NCBI RefSeq assembly: GCF_009914755.1
Contig: NC_060931.1
Reading direction: 5' to 3' (one strand)
DNA: 64,000 nt
Source: the human T2T-CHM13v2.0 reference genome, Homo sapiens
The notes under the pieces were generated by a model. That model ran no database searches. It worked only from the letters and a program-made list of their open reading frames with translations, and was not told the DNA's origin. The position numbers and the translations under genes are program-made. Within the stretch, counting starts at the first letter, position 1, and each line of letters begins with the position of its first letter. Below, one piece after another: positions 42,892 to 55,379 of the stretch.

Positions 42892-43838
42892 ATCCATGTT
42901 TCTTTTCTTTGATCTTTTCATGAAGTCCTGCCCCCGACCATGTGTTTGTCTGTTTATGGGAGGTTTTGTTTCTGCTGACCTAGAATGTGATTAGTTGTCT
43001 GGTTTAGGAATGTCCACATATTTCCTGATATGGTATTTCTATTAGAGACATTTCCTGGAAGCACACAGACTTTGAGGCAGCCGCGGTGGCCTTCCTTGTT
43101 CTTGGCACATGCACTTGGAGTTGAAGCTGCCTCAGGGTGCATTTGCTGGTTGATCTGCAAGGGGAGGGAGGGCATGTGAATTTGGTGCATCATCACATTT
43201 TCCTTTGGAAACAAGTGCCATGGAAATTTTCCCAAGAAAGACTGTGCAGCATTAGGCAACATTAAGAATTCAAAGCCGGAATCTTTGCTGGTACACTCGG
43301 AAGATCAGAGACAAAGTGAATGGGTCTCTCTTTGGTTGGCTTGCTACCATGATAGTGATAAATGAAGAGCTTTGAATGGGAAATTTAATGAGTCCATTGG
43401 GAAGTCTTCAACGCAGAGAGCGTCAAAATGTGACAGATGAAGAGCAGTGGAGTAGTTAGCCGGGAAACCTGCTGGAACTGGGGAGAGAGCTGTCCCCAAG
43501 AGATAGCGTTCCCCAAAGGAGCAGGTGCAATTACAAACACCATGGAGGGAAACTAAGGAATTCTCACAGCCATGCTTCACAGCTTAGAAGGAAAGGCCAA
43601 CTTCCTCATCATCTCCAGACCAAGAGAGGCTGAGGGGTGGTGAATATCAGTGAGCAACTGTCCTGTGTCAGTCAGGAGAAAAACATGTTTATCAAAATGG
43701 GAGATTTGAGTCAGACTTTAAGAAGAATTGCCTTGATTATATGGCATTTTAGATCCTGGAATAGTTTTCCACAGAAGGTCACAGAATAGTTTATCGGAGA
43801 ACGTCAATAAATCCGCATTTAAATTGTGCTGTGTTTTA

Positions 43839-44089
43839 CTGCATGTTCTCACTCATAGGTGGGAATTGAACAATGAGAACACATGGACACAGGGCAGGGA
43901 ACGTCCACACCGGGGCCTGTCCGGGGGCGGGGGGCTAGGGGAGGGATAGCATTAGGAGAAATACCTAATGTAAATGACAGGTTGATGGGTGCAGCAAGCC
44001 AACATAGCACATGTATACCTATGTAACAAACCTACACGTTGTGAACATGTACCTTAGAACTTAAAGTATAATAAAGAAAAAAAGAAAAA
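43839..44089 (+). mobile_element. Short 5'-truncated L1PA 3' end
   Basis: L1 3'UTR plus polyA. 18-bp TSD aaattgtgctgtgtttta at 43821-43838 and 44090-44107. Confidence 0.95.
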
Positions 44090-44761
44090 AAATTGTGCTG
44101 TGTTTTAATGGTTAGGATGGCAGCTCCCTTGGTGAAGTCTTAGGAGCAGGTAGACTGGACTCCCAAAGATGTTCCCAGCCCTAGGGCTCTCTGGAATGGC
44201 ACATGTGGCCAGCGATTGCCATGGTCACAAGCCAGCTTAGTGCACGGGACCCTGCAGGCCGGTCCTGCCGTGCATGTACTTTCCTGTCATTCTCTTATGC
44301 ACTCGTTTGTTTACGGATTCAATCAACTCTTCTTGAATACTTCCTGTGTTCTGGATACTGCCTGATCCCGGATGCAGAAGAAGGACATGGTCCCTTTCCT
44401 CACTAGCTTCTGCTTCTGATGGCACATTCACCTATTGGCACATTCACTCGCTCTCCCCAACCGCGAATGCTGCCCGTTGCCCTGCTCTGGCACGGTCACT
44501 CTCATAACTGTCCCCGTCTGTTCACACTGCCCAAGCTTTCCTCTCCTGTCCACAGCAGGGGCTGTCACACTATGTATTTGATATTCTTCTCATTTTTCAC
44601 CAAGATCCTTAGATCCTCAAGTCTTAACAAAGTGATGCCCCTGAAAACAAAGCCATCCAGACAGGCCTCATCGCCTAAGGGGTCATTCCGTACTTGCTTG
44701 ATACAGGGCCCATGAGGCCAATCCAGCTCTGAGAAAAACTTCTCTCCAGGGGCGGGGACAT

Positions 44762-45115
44762 GGCCATGGGGTGTGCTGTCTGGAGGTCCAGCTGTCCTTA
44801 CCTCCTACACAGGTGTTCCGGGCTACAGCCTTGCAGCATGCTGTCTGGAGGTCCAGCTGTCCTAACCATGTGACCTCCTACACAGGTGTTCCGGGCTACA
44901 GCCTTGCAGCGTGCTGTCTGGAGGTCCAGCTGCCCTTCCCCATGTGACCTGCTACACAGGTGTTCCGGGCTGCGGCCATGGGGCGTGCTGTCTGGAGGTC
45001 CAGCTGCCCTTCCCCATGTGACCTGCTACACAGGTGTTCCGGGCTGCGGCCATGGGGTGTGCTGTCTGGAGGTCCAGCTGCCCTTCCCCATGTGACCTGC
45101 TACACAGGCGTTCCC
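44762..45115. repeat. ~74-bp minisatellite, ~5 copies
   Basis: gctgtctggaggtccagctg occurs 5 times. catgtgacc at 44941 and 45015 gives period 74. Confidence 0.93.
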
Positions 45116-45226
45116 TGACTGACTCACACAGACACTGTACCCACACCCTGCACCGGCCCCACCTTAGTGATTGCTACACCCTCTCAAGCCTGTGGCAGTT
45201 GTGGCTCTCTAAGCCACACCTCAGTG

Positions 45227-45754
45227 TGAAGCGGGATTTAAGGAACCAGAGAGACCGGATGGAGTGCAGGAGGGTGTTTATTTTAAGGTGTACACAGGCC
45301 CAGTGGACATGTGTCCTAAAGGCTGAGCCCAGAACAAAGAAAACGAGTCCCTTTTAAGCATTTTGAGGCAGGAACTACGTGAAGCAGGCTTACAGAAGCG
45401 AGAACTAAAGGCTGCTGTGACACTTTTGCAACATGGCTTACATCTCTGTGAGAACTTGGTTTGCGGCTTGTGCTTATCTGTCTTGTGACCTTGCAGTTGT
45501 GGGGGGAAGAAAGAAACAGGAGTTTACAGAGCCTACAAAATATGTGGAGGATAGATATGGTTATTGTTTCTTGGGACAGACAGTTAATATACTCTTCTAA
45601 CTTTTAACTTCAGCGGGGCTGCTTAAATTCTCCTCAGCCTTGGTTAATACAGAATTTCATTCTATGAGCTATTGTTATTTTTCTTACTATTATTATAATT
45701 TTTACTATTACTACTTATGCTATTATTCTGTTGTTTTCTTAATTTCCCACTTCA
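45227..45754 (-). mobile_element. Solo ERV LTR, family not assigned (4-bp TSD suggests class I/ERV1)
   Basis: TG...CA ends with short inverted termini (tgaagcggga / tcccacttca), agtg on both flanks, minus-strand AATAAA near 45280. Confidence 0.7.
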
Positions 45755-46445
45755 AGTGGACGGAGCCCATTCCAAGCAAACTATTCCAAGGATAGCTGTT
45801 TTTCTTCTTAATACGCCAACAGCGAGAGAGCGTGAGCCTTCCTTTACCTACCCATGAGCATCTGCCAGTGATCCAGCGGGCACTGCTTCCTCCCAGAACC
45901 GTGTCTTGACACTTTTTTCTATGAATCAGTGAAAGATTCAAGAAAATTGGAGTTGAGGGGTTTTTTTTGCACTCGTGCTGACTTACCTTATGGCATTGGG
46001 GTTTTTGCCTTCAATAAAAATAATTTTTTAAAGTAGCCCATTAAAATTGTAAAAATCCATGCCTTCAAAATGTCAGTAATTCAACCTAAGATATGGAGGA
46101 AGAGCTTGCGCTTGAAACTCCAAAACGCTTTGTTAGAGGGACGAAAGGGCAGTTTGATAGCAGATCGGAGGGATGGAGGGCCTTTGCTTCACCCATCGCT
46201 CACGTGTGGGCGTCTGCACGGGGAGGAGCGCGTGGGGAGAACCATCAGATTTCAGTGTGACAGGGAGGCCACGTGGGTGGCACTGCAGCAGCAGCACAGA
46301 GCCAGCGTGAGGGCAGGCTGGGTGCAGCCAGGAGCCAGCTGGGAGTGGGAACCCAGCCAGGCCTGGGATGTGGAAGCCCCCACTGAGAAACTCCCTTGTA
46401 GGGTCCCAGGCCACCTCCTCAGCCTCAGAATGGGAAGGTCCTAGG

Positions 46446-47237
46446 TAAGAGGTGAAGCCGGCTGGGCTTCTGGGTGGGGTGCGGACTTGGAGAACTTTTC
46501 TGTCTAGCTAAAGGATTGTAAAGGCACCAATCAGAGCTCTGTCTAGCTAAAGGTTTGTAAACGCAGGGATCAGCACTCTGTAAAAACACACCAATCAGAG
46601 CTCCTGTCTAGCTAAACGTTTGTAAACGCCCTGATCAGCACTCTGTAAATACGCACCAATCAGTGCTCTGTGTCTAGCTAAAGGTTTGTAAACACACCAA
46701 TCAGCACTCTGTAAAAACGGACCAATCAGCACTCTGTAAAATGGACCAATCAGCAGGATGGGGGCGGGCCAAATAAGGAAATAAAAGCTGGCCACCGCCG
46801 CCCAACGGCTGCAACCCGCAGCTCGGGTTCCCTTCCACGTGGAAGCTGTGTTCTTTCCTTCTTCACAATAAATCTTGCTGCTGCTCGCTCTCTGGGTTCG
46901 CACTACGTGTATGAGCTGTAACACTCACTGCAAAGGTCTGCGGCTTCACTTCTGAAGTCAGTGAGACCACAAACCCACAGGGAAGAACAAACAACTCTGG
47001 GCGCGCCACCTTTAAGAGCTGTGACACTCACTGCGAAGGTCTACGGCTTCACTCCTGAAGTCACCAAGACCACGAACCCACTGGAAGGAAGAAACTCCAG
47101 ACACATCTGAACATCTGAAGGAAGAAATTCCGGACACAGCATCTTCAATAACCCTAACACTCACCGCGAGGGTCTGCGGCTTCATTCCTGAAGTCAGCGA
47201 GACCAAGAACCCACCAGAAGGAACCAATTCCGGAGAA
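46446..47237 (+). mobile_element. LTR12-family (HERV9) solo LTR
   Basis: gaggtgaagccggctgggcttctggg start, tandem tctagctaaagg/ccaatcagcactctgtaaa repeats, gaagtcagcgagaccaagaacccaccagaaggaaccaattccgga end. Confidence 0.93.
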
Positions 47238-47309
47238 ACTTGTTTTAAGCGTGAGAAGGAAAAGAATATTTTATTTTGTTTGTTTTGCTCTTAAAGGGTC
47301 ATTAGTAAC

Positions 47310-47530
47310 AAAAGCTTTGGAGTCAAAAGGGCCAGATTCAGATCGTGGTTGCAGCACTTACTAGTTGCGTGACCTTGACTGAGAGACTTAATCCCTGAGC
47401 TTCCATCTCTTAGTCTGTTAACTGAAGTAACAGTGCCTACCTTGTAGGGCTCATGGTGGAGAGTAAAATAATCTACTCGAAGTACAGGCTGTGGAGCCTT
47501 GTGTAAATAACGTTCTCAATAAATGTCTTT
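47310..47530 (+). mobile_element. MIR SINE
   Basis: gctttggagtca...cacttactagttgcgtgaccttg...ctcaataaatg. Confidence 0.75.
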
Positions 47531-50500
47531 GATTGTTGCTGCTTTTACTATTTGGGTTAATCGTCTGAGAATGAGAAGGAAAATAAGCATTTCATCAGAT
47601 GGAAGTCTGGTGTGTGTCAGAAGGAGAGTTGGGCTGCCCTTGATAAAGCAGAGAAACGCAGGATAGAGACAGAAGCTAGGGTTGGTGTCCAGAGGGCTTC
47701 ATGACGGGCCAGCCCCCTTGTCCATCACCATCCACAGTGTACCTGTGTGGACTCACACCTTGCTCTTCTCCCACTCTTAGGGAGGGAGGGGGAATGTTCA
47801 GAAAACAACATCAATTTCTACCTCCTGAAGTCGTCAGCCCCTTGTAACTATTCAGGAGCCTGTGGCTTTAGAAAAGGCCATTGTCAGGTGACAACAATTC
47901 CCCTACGCTAATGCCACGCCAGAAATTATCCCTTGAATGGAGAGAGTATGTTTCTTATAAGAAGCTGGGTGTCCTGCTTCCTGTATCCAGTCCAGGAAGC
48001 CTGCATCCGGTCCGCAGTTCCCCATTACCACCTGGGCAACCACCAGGGAGCTGAGCAGAAATGGGCCCGTCGCCTCCTCCTACAAGTTACAGCCTGGCTC
48101 AGGGTTAGCGCTGCCCACCCAGTCCCATGGCTGTAGCAAAGGGGGCAGGGAGCACTTTACTGAAGTGGACAAATCCAGCGAGGGGAGGAAGATTGATCTT
48201 TCCAGCAAGAGGAGAGTCTTTAATGAAATGTCCTATATGTGGAGAAGACCAGACTAAAGTGACATCCCATTAATAACTTATAAAAGCCTCTAATCAGCTT
48301 GGGTTAATTTGGTATTCATTGTAAAAACATTCATCATGGGCACTGAGGTCTGTGACAGTAGCCAAGAAATTAATATCGCACGGATGGAAATGGCCTTCTG
48401 TACCCTCAGATAATGGATGGAGACAGTTTGGTGAGTGATTTGTTAGCACTACCAAAGGGACCCTTCAAATGTAACACAATATGTTATCACTTCCTGGCTC
48501 TGTGGGGCTAAATCACTTTAATATTCACTTGCACTCAAGTAAATAAGCTGAGTTTTTGGTAATTAATAGGAATGGATGGGGTCGTATGACAGAGATACCT
48601 GATGGTCATGGTTAAAGAGTGAGGAGAATTAGGAAATAATTATGGGGCCCTTTCCTGCCACCAAGAGGCTCTTCTCCTGGGATACAGGGATTTCAGAAAG
48701 GAAATGCATAATCATAGGATTATGGGGGAAGTGAGAGAAGAAAAATATAAGTAGGACATCAGGAGGAGGTGGAGATTTGTTTTAACTCTGTGTAAATGGA
48801 GGAGGCATAAGAGAAAATTTATTTATAAAACAATATGAAAATATGCAGAAAGAGTCATCAAGACATTCCTATACAAGATCACAGAAATCCCTCTAAAAAG
48901 AAGCCCAAAGCTATATCAACAAACACATTCATAACACTGTTATCCATAACAGGAATTTCTAAAAGCTGGAAATGTCCTAAGTGTTGAGAGCTGAGCCATT
49001 TGCTAAATCATGGAGTATCCATAGGAAGAGGTATTATATAACCATTTAAGATTATGATTAGGAAGACTGCATGGGAGCATGGAGCATATATCATCTATCA
49101 AACAATAGCAGGACTAAAAATAAGCCATTTGGTATGTTGGCATATGGAAAGGATTAGAAAGTAATATATTAGTCAAAATAATTATTTGGACTGGCCAGAC
49201 TGGGCTTTTTTCCCCCTTCTAAAACTTTCTTGGTTAAAGCAACATTATATATATATTTTTTAAAAAAAAAATTAAAAAGAGAAGAAAATGTATTGTTAAA
49301 AATGGGATTTAGGAACTCTACTCAATAAACATGTGCTCAAGTAGTGTTGAGGGTAAAGAAGAGGCGCTTTTTGCAGAGAATCCAAACATGAATAAGCCGC
49401 CCATCACCCTCCGGGGATCACAGTGCCGTTAATTCCACCGGTTTGAAAGCTCTGTTGCAAACCCTTCAGAGATATTTTCTGGGACTCACTCTCTTTTTGA
49501 AGGAGAGAAAGCAGAATAACAAAATTCAAGGTCACAGATTATGAGTGTTTAATATCTAAAAATTATTTTTAATTGATAAGTCATCATCGTATACACTTAC
49601 GGGATACAAGAGGACTATAGTCAATAATAATGTGTTGTATATTTCACAATAAGAGAATACATTTCAAAAAAAAAATGGTAAGTGAGCCTTGAGACTCACT
49701 CTTAAGCCAGAACAAAATTAAGGAAAAGGTGGATGCAGGGTTAAAACCGGGCCTGACCTGCTTGCCCACGTTGGCCGGTGAAGATAAACCCTATTTTCTT
49801 CCTCATAGCTTCCTTAATTCAATTGCGACTGAAACAGTGTATCATTTCTTAGGAATAATCAAATTTAGAAGGGTGCCCCCACATCAGCCTCGGCAATATT
49901 AGGTTAGAGAATTTCAAGATCATTTATCAAATAGAATTTAAAGCAGGACCAGAGTTGTACATTAAGGAAGAGTGCACTTAGTGATAGATTCTTGAGAGAA
50001 TATAACAAGGCAGTTAGTTATAAATGAACATAACCTTTTGAGACCTTTGGATGATGGGGCGTGGAGCCGCACCACACTTGCGGCCATGGCAGATCCTGTT
50101 TCTCGTCCTGTGGAGGGAGCAGCTTCTGAACATTTGGAGGCTTTTCCGGTCGCCTCGGGTAGGGCGGGGGAGGGCTGTACTCGGTGCTGCCAAGAATTCT
50201 CCTTCGTGCACCTAATCGGGTTCTGTAGATTACTTTGTGGAATTCTCCCGTTTGGGTGGAGGGAACACCTCTTCATCATAATTCCTAAATGTTTCACCAT
50301 TGGAAAATATCAAAGTAAAGGTTCCATCTCCTGGTCTTTGTAGAATAACTGCGACCTTTTCTTCCTTTAAAGTGCTGAAATACTGTCAGTCCCACTTACT
50401 GTAGCAGTTAATCTTATGCCTCTTTGTTTTATTATTCAACTATTTTGCTTTTGAATAACTTTATTTCCCAGACCAAATGTAAGCTGTTGAAGAACAAAGA

Positions 50501-51759
50501 ATGTTTTTCATTAGACTTTTGTCTTCCACAGCCCGTTGCTCAGCATTGTGCAGAGTGTAGGTTCTCAACAAATACTTGTGAAATGAATGCCATCCAGAAG
50601 GGAAAGTAAAATTAAATGTCAGATTTATAGACATAAGGTCCAACATTCATGGAAATTGGAAAACTTTGACGTTATAACCTAAAATTTTTGAGATTTAACA
50701 ACTTGTCTGATGGCAAATTAATTCAGCAGTTCAGATTCAGTTCAGATTGTGAGCAATACCAAGGAAGAAAATCTGGATTTTCGAGTCAGACATTTGTCTT
50801 AAAATGTTTGTTATGCTGTGAAAGATCTTAAAAGGAAGATAGAGAGTGCTCCTGATTAAAACCTGTCAGGATCAGGCTGAACTGAACAAGGCGAAAGGAC
50901 CTGAACTTCTTGTCTTTCCAAGGACGTTTCAGAGGATGAAAGCGCCTCACTTCTTGTCCCACTAGGACACCGAGGTGATCGTCTCCGCAGTGTCATAAGG
51001 AACAGTGAGGCCTCGTGGGCTTGTGCCCCTCACGCACTCTCCGGTTTGAAATTGGGGTCGGCCCTCATTCTAATGCCCTGTGAGGGCCTCAGAGGTTATT
51101 GTCTGGGTTGTTAAACGTGGAGACAGAGAGGGCACAGAACAGAAGATAATTTGCTCACTTAAAACAAGAGGTTTCTAAGAACGTTTGGAGAAATTTTAGT
51201 GTGTCCAAGTCAGTTATTTGTGAATGATTCTTCTGGACCTTTCTGCAAAGTAGACTTCACAGGGCTCCTCCTTTGCAGAATTTTGTTAGCCCTGATTGAT
51301 TATTAGAGGTTAATTATCAATACTGGATACTAACGTACTTCTGCCCTTTGACGTGGGTATTTGCACAGCCCACGAGGTTTTATTTCACTTCTCTGATGTG
51401 TGGGGAACACAGTGCCTTACTCGTGCTAGAGCAGTGATAGACGTGAGCACAGATAATCAATGAGTCAATTTCAATGACAGACCACTTTGGTTTTTTTTAG
51501 ACTGTGGGTTTTACTTTTGTTCTTTTGTTTCATTTTTTTGTTGTTGTTTTGTTTTGTTTTTTGTGTAATAGCTCACATCTAGTTCAGCTATTTCCACTCT
51601 AAAAAAAGTTAGCAAATTAGTGAATTGATTTTTCTGTTTGTTCTTCAGTTTGAAAACCTCTTCATTTATCTGAATGGTTTTAGTTTTCCCTTTAATGGCT
51701 TTTATGGCCAGGAACTGTTTGAAATATGTTTTAATTTCCTCCATTAGGCCAGATTTAAT

Positions 51760-53010
<1,251 letters not shown>

Positions 53011-53916
53011 CTCAGTCAATTAAGGCATATTATTTACCCAAGATGAAAATCAATTACTTTTTTCAATTTAAGCGTAAACTCGATTTATGAATTTTTATGA
53101 AATTTGTTTCTGTGTTTTCACCTATTGGAGATGTTGGCTGACCTTTCATCTCTAGCCACACCCTGTGGCATCCTCCTTTAAATTTTAGCCTTTTCAGCCA
53201 CCACATGGGTCCCAATTACCATGACACCGTGTTCAAACCCAGGCTCACCAGTTTCTAGTTACCCTCCAGATAAAAAGGTTATGATTGCACGTACATGGAT
53301 CTATTTAATTAAGCTAGTTTTCTCCATGGCCATACAAAGTCGTGTTTCTAAAATTAGCTGGGTGATCTGACTGTTTAGTGGAACTTGAGTCTTTAGAAGG
53401 TCCTCAGATATCACTGCTGTCTACTTCCTGTAAATCTAATCATCACAGGACAAGGTGCAGGATAGGCTTGCTTAGGGAATGCTGCCTTTTAAATTTCCTA
53501 TGTTACTGCATGACAAGATTAGTTGACTCTGATAACTCCCTACAAAAGACTCAGAATAATAAAGGAATAAATTAATCAGTCAATGGAAAAGCAAACGATC
53601 TATACCAGGCTGATGAACTATAATAGAACATCTCATTGTTACACAGAGTCAGCCGTCTCCCACTGCCCTGCTGAATCCTATCTGAACAGTAAATCTGTGT
53701 TGTAACAGAGCCAGCATGGCAAGCAGCTGCTCAGCTGGCCTTTCCCCTCCTGTCTCATAAAGAAAAATGCCAATGTATTCGTAATTTCCCAGTGAGGTGG
53801 CAGAGTCTGTAAATCCTTTTTTCCAATAACCCTAAAATTTTACTAGCCAACGGTTCAACAGCCTGGTACACATTTAGGGAAACAAAAGGTTTATGGTGGC
53901 AGATGATTGTTTAGAA

Positions 53917-54082
53917 TAATGTTTCTTAACTCAGCTACACTTCAACTTGTGTAACTACGAATGCTGTGGCTGCATGCCCAGAGGCTCTGGTTCGTTTGGA
54001 CCAGGGTGGGGCCTGGGCGTCAGGGTATTTGAAAGCTCCCCAGGGGCTTCTGATGTACAACCATGTCTGAGCATCCTGGGTT
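53917..54082. mobile_element. MER5-like hAT-Charlie MITE
   Basis: gggtggggcctgggc...aaagctccccaggggcttctgatgtacaacca. Confidence 0.65.
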
Positions 54083-55379
54083 TAGATGCTTACAGGCGGG
54101 ACTGGGACTGGATGACCTCTTTAATAAACTTTGAAGTTTCAAGGTCAACATTCCAACTTCATAATAAAATATAAAATCTCTTAGATTACATTTTTAATCA
54201 CCAGGTCCATCACAAGGGAGGTGCTGAATATAAACTTGCTGGTCATTAAAACATTGCCAGGGAAATTGTTGCTTCGAAAAGGCAGCTGTACTTCCTTAGA
54301 TCAACATGCATGGCTTGGCCACGTTGTAGTTTACTTTGCTCCTGGTCAATTCAACTTAATTCAACTCAAAGTTAAGATCAGGATGTGATAAAATAATTTT
54401 GTTTTCTTTTTCTTTGAATCCTGGATGAGAAGTCATTGTCCAAATCATTAGGTGTTTTATGCAATATTACCAATCTTTAGTGTGATTTTCCCCCCATCAA
54501 ACCTATAAACAATAAACTTTTCTAAAAGAAAGCCTGCCATGATGGAAGCACTGGGTTTCAGACAGCAAGTCTCACTGCATGGCTGTGCAGGTTGGGACAT
54601 ACTAACTTGTGATAACAGCGGCCTTTTAGATAGGGCTCACAATGTTCCCACCACCATGCTAGGCACTCGGTGTATACTGTCTCTTTTGCTCACAATATCT
54701 CTATTCAGCAGTGAGAAAATAGAAATTCAGAAAATGGAAGTAATTTTCCCCGGGTCACATATCAGGGATGGTGTCAGAACTGAAACTGAAGAAGTCGTGT
54801 CCCAGCTTCTTCCTTTGGACCGAACTCTTAAGTCTGGACTCTGTTCAGAATGACTTCTCTCAAGACCAAATGTTCTCAAGTCTATGAGAAGCCTTTGAAC
54901 ACCTCTTAAATGCACTGTAAATACAGTGTTATTACCATGAACGTGATATTTGTATATTTGTATTCAAGGCCACCCGTAAGGATTTTTTTTTTTTTTTTGG
55001 CAATGCACAGAAGCTGGATGTCTCCCGATACAGCATCTGGTGTAATTAATCCGACACCCTTATCTCTCCCCACTGAGCATTCTCAAAGGGAATGAAACAT
55101 TGACCTAACTGATATTTCCCTCTAAAATCTTTGCAGGTTCCATAAATGAGCTGTCAGAGCCCCAGGGCAGACACTGAACCCCAACTGGAATAAAACGTTC
55201 CTCCTGGAGAGGGTGGGTCAGTTATCCAGCACAGCATTCCTCACATCCCAGGGGTGTGCAGAACCCTTTCAGAGCTGGATCAAACAAATGAAGCTTGTAT
55301 GTCTCCTTTTCCAGGGGGTGACCTAAGTATTTGATGTTAGTTTTCTACGCTTCATTATTTTTTTTATTTCGGATGCATT

